Below, one piece after another: positions 53,501 through 64,000 of a DNA stretch of 64,000 nt. The notes under the pieces are model-generated. The model did no database searches and had not been told where the DNA came from. It saw only the letters and a program-made list of their open reading frames with translations. The translations under genes and the position numbers were made by a program. Location: NCBI GenBank assembly GCA_016748015.1, contig JAAOMT010000534.1:14654-78653 (forward strand), written 5' to 3'. The stretch comes from Geosiphon pyriformis uo1. Lineage: Eukaryota > Fungi > Glomeromycota. Each line of letters opens with the position of its first letter. Within the stretch, counting starts at the first letter, position 1.

Positions 53501-56500
53501 GACTTCATCAAAAACATAATCTAACAGCCAATATTAATGAGACCAAACATTAGTAATATTAGCAACTACACTATGCTTTCTGTTTCAATCTTCCATAATA
53601 ACATCCACCTTAGATTTAACTGAATTGGACTCCAAAATAAGTTTGTCTTCTACAACCAGATGGTCCACAATCACTTTGTGGAAAGAACACTCCAAAACAT
53701 TCCTGATAGTATGATCTTTATTCATCTCGAAGCTTTCTATTCTCTTATTTATAGCAGTTCTAATGTTTGCTTCTTTAGTTGCCAAAGATTCAGCAAGCTT
53801 GGATACACGATAAGACTTTCTTATGCCAGAGAGAGCAGAATAAACACGACTAGAGTTTGCATCAGAGTTAATGAGGTTCTGACTAACTGAGGCTTTGACA
53901 CTATCCAAAAAATCTCAGCACTTTATAAGAGAGACAAAACTACTAATATTGTCCTTACAAGATGCCTTGACAATCTTTAAAACCAAAAACTCTAACCTAT
54001 AAAACTTTGAAGAGACTTTGGTAAAAACACTATCAAAATTCTTAAACCATTTCTTACTAAATATCTCATTTGCAGAAAAGACCACTATCCTGTATAAAAC
54101 ATTCCACATGGCATCCAGATCTGAGAACTTGACAGTAACAGTGAATTTGTTAGAGAACATTTCAGCATTGGCCAATATGACATTTCTAAAATTTTTTTAT
54201 CTATTGTTATTAGCACCCTTAAAATCAAACTTCTAATAATTTTTATTAGCCTGCTTATGAAGAAAGTTCAACTGCACATCCAAAAGTCCACCCAAACCCA
54301 CTGACACAAAAACAGCTTGATGATCAGTATCAAAAAATTCACCAACATCACACATTACACAATCCACCACAGCATTAACTAAGTTTGCAGAAACAAACAA
54401 GAAATCAATAGTCTTAGTTACACCTCAAGAGTTAACCTATGTGGGCATTTTGACAAAAGAACTTCCACCCAAGGAATTGACCAAACTAAGATCTAAACAC
54501 CTCTTAAAACTAGCACACCTTTGAAAGCTGTTTTCATTGAAGTCACCACCCAAAACCACAAATGAGAATTCATTAACTGTCTTTGCTATCACAGAATTGA
54601 CATCATTAGCCTGAGAAATGTGAACAGCCAGAGATGTCCCAGTGTAAAGCCCCAAAATCAACACAGAAAGTTTATTTTTGAACAACAGCTTGACTGAAAG
54701 AAGCCAACCAGGCACCTTAGAAACCTTACAAACATGACAAGCTAGAGAATTGTTCATAATAATTGCAATGCCAACACCAAAAAACCCCTTATCCAACCCA
54801 GATAAAAAAACTTTGACCCCATCAAACTTATCTTTAATCCAGAGCTTACAACTAGACCTCAGCTTTGTCTCAGTAATTATCAAAACCAAATTTCCAGAAT
54901 CTCTATGCCAATAGATAATGTCCTCTTGCTTGGCAGGAATATTGATACTGCGAACATTACACATCACAAATTTCCAAACAAAATTACTCATTGGGAAGAA
55001 AGAGAAGTAGACAATCCCAAACCAGAGCACAAACAATTCAGTCTTTCCAAGACAGATTCAACTGTCACCTCTAAAGCCACTATCTTAGATTCCAATCCAC
55101 CCACCTTGGTAGTCAAAACTTTAGAACTACTTAAACTAAGATCAGCAACCGATTCTACAACAACAACTATAAGAGAGGAAAAAGAAGACACCAGTGTATC
55201 ATCTAGAGCCATTTCTGAGTCCAAATTAGACACTACAGATGCAAAGACAACCAGAGGAGGGACATGAGAATCAGACACCAAAGGCACCAATTCTACAAAG
55301 CTCAATTTTTTTATAATAGCCAAAACCTGGTCTGTCAAAAGCTTCAAAGAGCATTCCATAGAAACCAATCAATCAACCAAGCAGAAATCACCAAGAGAGT
55401 CAGAAACCAACAAGCCAGGTTTAGCACCTGAAAATAAACCAGTACCAAAAAAATCTGACAAAACCACATGAAAGGGAGAACTGCTAGCAACCTGTGCCCA
55501 AGTCTTCCTGCCAAAAGAAACTGGATAAACAATTGGCACCTGTTTCTTTTTATATATGTTGGTCAAACAGATCTAATCCTGAAAAGTTACCACCCACTTA
55601 CCATGAGCACCAAAATTCCCACCCAATGAACACACTATAGAGATATGATCCAATTGTTTATACTTGGCACAACAAGCCAGAAAAAGACCAGTTCAGTGTA
55701 AATTCACATTCTTATAAACTGGAATAGAACCAATAACAGCCAATTTGGATGCCTCATTCTCAAAACAGACTACTGCACATTTATTACATACATAAAAACT
55801 AAGATTATAACCAATAAAACAGGTCTTCCCACCATATGATTCAAGTAAACTAGACAAATTATAAGCAGTGGTACCAACTGATAAAGTATAAAGCAAAGTT
55901 CTATGCTGATCCCTAAATATCCAAGATTGTTTATCCTCAATTGCCAAGACAACTCGCACAGAATCCTTTCTTATGAAAACCAACCACTTAGAAGTAACTG
56001 AACTAGCTACTTTAGATAATTCATATTCGACCAAAGCTTTTTGCCACAGACCAATCAATTGCATCTTGATTGACACAATCTTTCCAAACTTAGAAAACAC
56101 AGATTTCACAGCCAATTTGAGAAAATCAACTGGGATCTCCTTGATAATTACTTCCCGATCCGAATGACTGTTTACTTTCCTTATCTCATCATTGACCAGA
56201 ATTTTTTCACTAACAGCCAATTTTTTTGCCTTTTTTAAACTAGATTCCAAAGTAAAAGATAATCTGATAATTCCAGGAAATTTTAAGAGAGTAGAAGCTC
56301 CTCCAAAACCATCCACATGATAAAAATTTTTTTTCACACAAATCAACTTATTACTAATTGTTTTACCAAGCACAGCCGAAAGTTCAATGTCAAGTATGAA
56401 AGATTTTACTGGCTCGAAGTTTCTTTTTTCCAAAACACGTGACTTGATACTCAGCAGCTGATTGAGACTTTTAAACTTAGGAGGTGGAAGAGCCACCATA

Positions 56501-57070
56501 TTCTCATTACCACTCAAAATGTCAAATGAAGGAGGTTTCGGAGGTTGACTTAACACATATGTATGAATGCGTGTTTTCCTGGACATAATATTGTTCTTTA
56601 TGCTATTGACTACCGAATTGTCCAAGTCAGCATAACTAGTTTCTTTAGTGACAGTATTTTTTATGTTTTCTAAGTTCAACAGGTTGTCCATGCTACTTGC
56701 TTCACTTTCTATTTTACTGCTCCAAGATTTTGAAAACTTATTGTCAATAATACTAATATTGGCCAGACCCAATGGTCTAGTAAATGAGTCAATTATACTG
56801 ACTCTGACTTTAAGATTCCTCGGCTTCTTATAAGATGCACTGCGTGAATACACACTATTTACCCTTTTTTTCTTTGTATCAAGCTGGTTTTCCAACTCAG
56901 CAGAAATAGATCGAGAACCATTAGTAACAAAATTTGCCAGTTCTATGTTTACAAATAAAGATACATCTGAAGAAATAGTTAAAATATAAAGGAAATAAGG
57001 AGTAAGGAAAACTTTTTCTTTGACAATATCTCACTTTCATTGTGATCGGGGGATTAACAAGAGAAAGAAA
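50550..57070 (-). mobile_element. LINE-B: near-full-length, inactivated non-LTR retrotransposon (same superfamily as LINE-A, different subfamily)
   Basis: 5' end TTTCTTTCTCTTGTTAATCCCCC after an A-run. ORF1 ~56946-54988; ORF2 54991-50689 (APE MCNVRS/ETKL/GGDFNE, RT AGAFIDD, RNase H YTNRS/AELQAI/KIKSHSGILENE, CCHC). 3' UTR 50570-50688 and poly(A) 50550-50567. Internal deletion of roughly 350 bp near 52630 relative to LINE-A. Confidence 0.95.
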
Positions 57071-57089
57071 TTTTTTTTTTTTTAAATAA

Positions 57090-58150
57090 TTAACTAAAAC
57101 TAATTTTTATATAATAATTATTATTATAAAAAGTTTTAAAATCTTTGGTAATAAAACTATTTTTTTTTTTTATTATTTTTTATATATTTATACTTAATTT
57201 TATAATAGTTTTATTAATTATAATACTTAATCTAAATCTAATTATAAACAATAAATTTTTTTTGAATAATAATATTAGATATACTTTAATATTTTTGATA
57301 AAATCTTAAATATTAAATTAATACTTATTGGTTAATAATAATATAATATTGTATATTTTAAAAATTTTAAAACTATTAAGATTATTTTTATTTGTTATTT
57401 GTTTTTAATAATAAATAATAGTATTAAAATTTTTTTTTTATAAAATTAAATTGGTTAATTTTTTATAACTATATTGTTTTTAAAATTAACAAATTAGTTT
57501 TTTAAGTTTATTATTATATTTGTTTTATTTCTTAATCTTTTAAATTTTTTTAATAATTAAAATATATTTGGTTTTTAAATTAATTTAAATTTTATTGTTT
57601 ATAAAATTAATATATTAAAAAAAATTATATTTAATAAGAAATTCTTAATTGTTAATTGTGTTTTAAATATTAAAATTTAGATTATTTTTTTATTGTTATT
57701 AGTTAATTCTAAAATTTTTGTGTTTTGTTTTATTAATATAAAATTTTATATTAAAACAGCTACTTTTTTGGGTTTTTTTTTACTATTATTATAATTATTA
57801 ATTTTATAATTGGTTTTATATTGGTATTCTTAAAATTTTAACTGGTTAAATTAAATTTATTAGTTAATTTTATTACAGAATTTATAATATTTTAATTTAT
57901 ATAATAAAAAAAGTTATTAATAAATTATGTTTTTATAATTGTTAAAACCAAAAAAAATGCTTATAATTAAGAAAAATATCGTTATTTTTAAAAGAATTAT
58001 AAAGATAAAATATAAAAATTAATAATAATATGTTTAATAAAAATTTAAGTTTTTTATAAGTAAAAAAAAAGATTAATATTTTAAGATTTATAAATTTATA
58101 ATATCAAATTTAATACAAATAAACTGTTATATTAATAAAAAATTAAAAAA
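57090..58150 (+). mobile_element. Nearly fully AT-converted LINE ORF1 relic of another subfamily; the probable target of LINE-B, possibly continuous with 49965-50545
   Basis: Residual reading IFDKILNIKLILIG***YNIVYF (~57291-57360) parallels ORF1 KFGKIVSIKMQLIGLWQKALVE. KIKLVN (~57441) and YICFIS (~57515) parallel the second RRM (LYTLP..T..; KTCFI). Confidence 0.5.
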
Positions 58151-58183
58151 TTAAAATAATAATAATAATATAATGAATATATA

Positions 58184-58209
58184 TTATTATTATTATTATT
58201 ATTATTATT
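58184..58209. repeat. (TAT)n microsatellite
   Basis: Visible tandem TAT units. Confidence 0.85.
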
Positions 58210-60029
58210 TCTTAAAATTAGAATAGTTTATCACCAATTTCCACAATTTGTATTGTTAATATATGTTTATAGTATTTATGAATGAATATTTATAAAAAAT
58301 GTATAAATTTAGTAAGTTATAATTTGTAAATTGTTATCAATTTGTTATATAAATTTTCCATTGATAAAAAATTATTAAAAGGAATAAAAATTATTTTATA
58401 ATTTAGATATTTATTTTAATAAAATATTTTAATATTTGGAGAAATATTCGGCCATAATAGAATAAAAGATACGTGAACTCACATGATTTTATATAAATTA
58501 AAATTTTATATACGCTTTTATTTTGTGTGTGCTTTTTAATATGGAGCACAAAATTCGATATTTAGTTAGACGGTCTAAATTTTTTTTCAAGCACTCCACT
58601 CATTTTGAAACCGTTTTAGGTACCATGGTCATCCATCCTCAATTGCTGACACAAAAATTGGAAGCAAACAATCAACAAACAAATAAGCAATCGAAACGGA
58701 ATTCCAGATTCCGAGATTATGTTTAAAAAATTGAAGTTTTCCTAAAAATTTAAGATTCACATGGTGGCACTTGAACAAAAATAGGAGTCTGTTGATGTAA
58801 TGAAAAATGAAAAATGTATGCATAGCAACCCAAAAAATTGTCGATAATTTTTGATCAGCCAATGTGATTTAAACCCATATCACATAGAAGGGAGCCAATG
58901 AAAAAAAAAGATACAATAAAGACTTAAACCGCTTTCAGTTGAAAGTGTTGACCTTTTTTAATTATTTGAATAGTATTTTGAAGAATAATAGAATTAAAGA
59001 TAAGCCTAGTATTTTATTTACACATTTAATTAGAAGCAATAGTTGGTTGAAAAAGAATTTTAAATTTGAGCATGATTATATATATATATATCAAAATTCC
59101 TGAATTAGGTAATTTATTCGACCAATTAAAAAAATTGTAATTGAAGCAAACAAATAAAGAGATATATTTGTTATTGATCGTATCTTAATTACATTTCTTC
59201 TAGGAAACAAATTTATTTTGAGTTGATCCAGTTCAATCCAATCCATTTTAATTCAATTCAATCCTAATCCATCACAGTTTTTCTCATCAAACCTTGAAAC
59301 TTTTTTTAATTTAGAGAGATAAATTTTTTATTTCAACCAACTACATGTAATATTGTTATACTAATTCTTATTTAAAAAATCTCAATTTAAGAATCACTCA
59401 ATTTTTCTATTAATAGAATCTAAATTTAAATCTCAAAGATATTCTAGAACATTTATTTCCGAAGCAGGCTTTGTGCTGAGCGTTTCAAAGAGTGTTATAC
59501 ATTTTCGAGATTTTAGAATTCTTTTTTAATTTTTAGAAAATTGGAATGAAGTTTTCCAAAATAACGTTTAATTAATCAAAAACTTGTTTTTTTTACATAC
59601 AATTTCCTTTTTTGAAATGCTATAAATTTTTATTATTGAATATATTTTAAGAATTGATTTAACGATTTTTGAAACTAATACTAAATTTAAAATCCAATAA
59701 TCGAATCATATGACCAGTTTTCAGAATTATGATTGCCTGATATTTTTGAGAACGATATATATCATGTTCTCTATACCCATTGAAGGCTCCGAAATTTGAT
59801 TCATCATATACGGAAAATTTGAATTAAATTACTTCATTAATTAAACAATATTGATTAAAACTATATTACTTTCCTTTTGAAGTTATTTATCCAAGTCTCA
59901 ATTAATTCCTGATTAGGTGCCATAGAATTCCATTACTAAAAAGATCTTCTCAAGAGTTGCTATTTAGGGTGATAAAAAAAAAAGCATGGGTGAATTTCCG
60001 GATTCAGGAGTTAAATTTAACAAAAGAAA

Positions 60030-60090
60030 GAATAAATGAATAAATGAATAAATGAATGAATGAATGAATGAATAAATGAATAAATGAATG
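60030..60090. repeat. (GAAT/AAAT)n tetranucleotide repeat
   Basis: Visible tandem units. Confidence 0.9.
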
Positions 60091-60571
60091 CTTCCTGTTT
60101 TCCGAAGATTTATGGTTGATAATGCAATTTGAGCGAAATACTTGGAAATGGAATATATCTAGAAATTTAATTCTAAAATTGATATTTCCCTTTTAATATT
60201 CCCCCATTAATATTGTTAAATTGCTTTATTTAAAATAATATAATTGAAATTTATCTGTATATAAAATATTTTCAGAAAAATAACTAACAATTAAAATTTA
60301 ACGCATTTATCTTTTGATTGTTACAATTTTTGGTTACAAATAAAAAATAATAATATTACCTATTTTTGGGAACAAATCAAAAGTATTTTGATATATTATT
60401 TTTTCTACTTGGAAAAAGGGAGTTTGCATTTTTGATCGGAACTTTCGGAGTTCTCATCAAATTCTGTATAGAAATTGGAAATATCGAGCCCCATAAGCCC
60501 ATTGAGCATATTGTCATTGTTACCTAATTTCTGATTTGCCTGATCTTCATCATGGTAACAACAACCACAAC

Positions 60572-60624
<53 letters not shown>
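60572..60624. repeat. (TAA)n microsatellite
   Basis: About 17 perfect units. Confidence 0.95.
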
Positions 60625-60629
<5 letters not shown>

Positions 60630-60928
60630 CCAACTTTAATAGGTTCACTGGATACTGCCACCGGATTTTAGAAAATTAAAAGATATCATTCAGAAATTAA
60701 AGATTCGAACCAATGAGATATTGAATTTTATTATTACACCAACGTAATTTGAATTTATCATTGCTATCTAAAATCACAAACTTAGCAATCAAATTTTCCA
60801 TCAATTTCTTTCATCTTAAAAAGATTTAAGATCCAAAATAAAACCTTTAAAATCTAAATATAGATTTGAAATAAATTTGTCTGTTTCCCAATTTTTGCGT
60901 CATAAATTTTAATGATTTTCTTTTTTAA

Positions 60929-60936
60929 TTACTTAA

Positions 60937-60967
<31 letters not shown>

Positions 60968-60982
60968 ATTACTTACTTACTT
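60929..60982. repeat. (TTAC)n tetranucleotide repeat
   Basis: Visible tandem units with TTAA interruptions. Confidence 0.9.
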
Positions 60983-61270
60983 TACCTTTAATTACTTATT
61001 CATGTATCACATATTGAAGTTTACTAAATTTGATATTCTCGTTTGATGACTCGGAATTTCAATTCATAATTAATTCCCTCTTTCTTGCTTTTTTTCATAC
61101 ACGTTTTCACATCTCCGGCATAAATAACTAATTTTTCTTTTGCCCCGATAATAGGTTTCCATTTTTAGAAAGAAAAGGAAAATGGTAAATTGATAATCAT
61201 TGAATTTGACAATAGGAGTTGGGGTCAATTCAGAATTTAGTATGAGGGAGGATTCTCAGCTAACAAACAG

Positions 61271-61281
61271 AGTAGTAGTGA

Positions 61282-61331
<50 letters not shown>

Positions 61332-61371
61332 ATAATAGTAGTGATAATAGTAGTAATAGTAGCAGTAGTAG
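61271..61371. repeat. (GTA)n imperfect microsatellite
   Basis: Visible tandem units; source of the spurious poly-Val ORF. Confidence 0.95.
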
Positions 61372-62044
61372 GTCGTTTGGCTATTCCTTCAAATCAATAA
61401 TCAGGTAACTAATCACCTTTTAACACAAAATGATCCGTGGGAGATTATTGGTGATAATTCAGCCAGCACGAGAAAAGCCAAACGGAGTCACACTCCGTCT
61501 GTTGTTCCAATTTTAAAAAAGGAATTTACTAACAATCACACAGCCAATCAATGTTAATTATCTGAGATACAAAGTTTTTTTTAATTCTGGTTGTTGTCGA
61601 TGATAGCAAACCCTTTTGCAGAGGCTTACGATAAGAAGTTTGGTGAGATGGTAACGACAGTTGGTGATGCATCAACAAAGAAATCTGAGAACTTCTATCG
61701 TACGACATGAGAAAATTACCATTAAAAATATTATTATAGGCACGAGAGATATTTATTTTAAAATAAAAACAAGGAACCTTTTAACCGTCGGCAGTGTCAG
61801 AGGCTTTTTTTTCGGTCGGAGTTAAATCAATAACTCCGCGAATTATGTTTAATTTACGCCCGGTACAACTGATTGATGATGATGATGATGATTGATGTAC
61901 CCTATATATATTTCCACCCAAACTACTTAAAACTTTTCCGTCACAGCCTTTTTTCCTTTTCCTTTTACCTCGTTAGGGATTAACTTTTTTTTCTTTCTTC
62001 AAGAAAACTTTTCAACGAAAACAATACTCTTTATTTTTTCAGCT

Positions 62045-62140
62045 TACCTACCTACCTATCTACCTACCTACCTACCTACCTACCCTACCTACCTACCTAC
62101 CTACCTACCTACCCTACCTACCCTACCTACCCTACCTATC
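62045..62140. repeat. (CCTA/CCCTA)n microsatellite in the likely 5' UTR of the last gene
   Basis: About 22 units ending ~65 bp before ATG 62205. Confidence 0.9.
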
Positions 62141-62204
62141 CATCCAATAAAAGAATTTAAAAACCACCCTCAATACTATTTACCCTGGAGTTTTATCATT
62201 AAAT

Positions 62205-63198
62205 ATGTCTTCAACTTCTTCTTCCCCATCTTCTTCACCACAAGCTTTTACCGAAGACTATCAACAGAAAGCAAGAGGAACTCATGTTCGTGTTCAAAGA
62301 GTCAAGGTGACTCCAGTTCAAAGACAAAAATCACCAAGTGTACCGTATGATTCTCCAGTTTTAAACAGAAACTGTACAAGGTGTAAAGAATCTTCCAATT
62401 GTGTCAAAGTTTTATCAAGTAAATTGGGAAGAATCGAAGAATTGGTAAATACCTTGGAAAGAAAAACATATCGTGATCAATCTATGCATGATCCTGCAAA
62501 GGTTAATATCAAAATTTAATTCTTTGAATCGTTGAAATTATTTGGCTTTTTGTTTAATTTTAATATCAAAGACTTTAAAAATTATTCACTAACTAAAAAT
62601 TTTTAAAACTTAAATTTTTGAATCCTTTTCGGGAAATATTTAGAAGGCACAAATTCAAAAATGGAATGCAATTCGCAACACGAATCTTTCACGTCGAGGT
62701 TTAGATCTGTCAACTATCAGTTTTGATGATCTTCAAAAATTAGTAGCCGTCGCCACCAACATCCCATTCCCGTCTTTACCTGCCCCACCAAAACCACATT
62801 CAATTGAATCAATCATCTCACCACCCACCCCTACATCGCTATCAACAACAACAACAACATCAATAACAACAACAAAAACAACAACAACAACAACATCATC
62901 ATCATCATCATCATCATTATCAACATCATCATCATCATCGTCAAGCAGAAAAGCATCTATTGCAAATATAACTAATAACTTCATATCTAATGAACAACGC
63001 ATCATTTATTCGGAGCCTCCACAATCAGAGTTCAACTCTGCTCCAATCGCTGTTGCATCAAGCGCAACACATCCTCAAGGATGTCGCCCTCCTGTTCAGG
63101 CTGCAATCGCACTTAAAGCAGAAGCGTTGCGAAAGGATTCTGGTTTCAGTGAAATTGAGAATGGCTCTACCCAACAACAAACTCCAAAAATTCGATAA
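62205..63198 (+). CDS. Hypothetical protein, about 283 aa: CxxC plus short coiled coil, long Ser/Thr low-complexity tract
   Basis: Exons 62205-62501 and 62644-63198 (GT..AG, phase 0). Motifs NCTRCKESSNCVKVLSSKLGRIEELVNTLE and LDLSTISFDDLQKLV; poly-T/S at 62830-62945. Confidence 0.75.
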
Positions 63199-64000
63199 CT
63201 GCAATGATTGGCCATTGAAATTAAAATTTCCCTGATTACGAGCTATCTTGCAAAAATCATGTAATCCCTGGGCTCTTAATTAATCACTCTCCTTGTTTTT
63301 GTCTCGAATATCCTTTGTCTTCGAGTTTAATTTTTGTTATTCCTTTTCACCAAGATATTTTCTCTTATCCAAAATAGTACAGATCGCATATTTGTTTGTT
63401 TTTTTACTTCATCCCATCCCATCCCATCCCATCTGATGGAGTTAAACCATAATTTCATTCATCATTATACCCAAATTCAGTTTATGACACGCACTTCTGA
63501 TCATCCTCTATTTTGAAAATATTGGTAAAAAAAAAAGGGCCATAACTATGATTGTGAGTGATGATTCGCTGCCTACTTTGCCTCTCATTTATAATCGAAT
63601 TTCAATGTTTTATGTGACAATTTCTATTCTTCATTATGAATTGGAGTTTTTTCTCACAGCTTATATCTCCTTTTCACATATCGGATTCCTAGAGACTTTC
63701 ATACGTGGCAAATTGCCTTTTCAATTTTGTGTATTCTTCAAATACCCATCAGTGATGGTGATAAAATGATGATTCTATTCATTGAGCGGAGACGATAGAC
63801 TTGAGTACTCGTTTTCTCAACCCTTGTTAATAAACAAATTTATAATATTTGCACATATCAAAATTTTATCTATTTACTTTTTAGTTTGATAAGAGGTAGG
63901 AAATCTCCCTTGATGTGATGAAAAACGAACGTATGATGACAGCCTCTTTTGAAGAGGCAAAAGCAACAGATTGCGGAACTGAGGCTTTGGGCACATGATT

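Noticed and set aside
61200-61400. 66-aa poly-Val ORF
   Set aside because: Product of the (GTA)n microsatellite; TTG start and no other coding signal.
62045-62140. Telomere-like repeat
   Set aside because: Units are CCTA/CCCTA, not CCCTAA, and lie internally next to a gene; treated as a microsatellite.
62733-63005. Minus-strand poly-Asp/Val ORF and plus-strand ORF 62990-63235
   Set aside because: Antisense and alternate-frame shadows of exon 2 of the 62205-63198 gene.
1-64000. CRISPR arrays, rRNA or tRNA genes
   Set aside because: None seen; the window is eukaryotic and its tandem repeats are simple microsatellites.

Overview
Eukaryotic, very AT-rich fungal DNA with short introns. The gene and TE families recall Glomeromycota, possibly Geosiphon pyriformis; this is from family recognition, not a search. 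About two thirds of the window is transposon-derived. There are three near-full-length non-LTR retrotransposons (ORF1 RRM/Zn-knuckle; ORF2 APE-RT-RNase H-CCHC) and several 5'-truncated fragments of the same superfamily. One LINE carries a full-length dUTPase-bearing Ty3/Gypsy element and a solo LTR, and the Gypsy element carries a second solo LTR. A probable Helitron 5' end is also present. The repeats form a graded series of C>T/G>A erosion, from CpG-rich through CpG-depleted to nearly pure A/T, resembling repeat-induced point mutation (RIP). I reconstructed seven spliced host genes by hand: a partial coiled-coil/Crinkler-like gene, a secreted alpha/beta hydrolase, a class-3 lipase lacking its catalytic Ser, an F-box/LRR protein, a REX4-like exonuclease, its tandem and apparently catalytically dead paralog with a mitochondrial-like presequence, and a Ser/Thr-rich hypothetical protein. 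The most interesting signals are the RIP-like hypermutation with apparent escape of short copies, a covarying RNA structure in the LINE 3' UTR, and the two pseudoenzymes.
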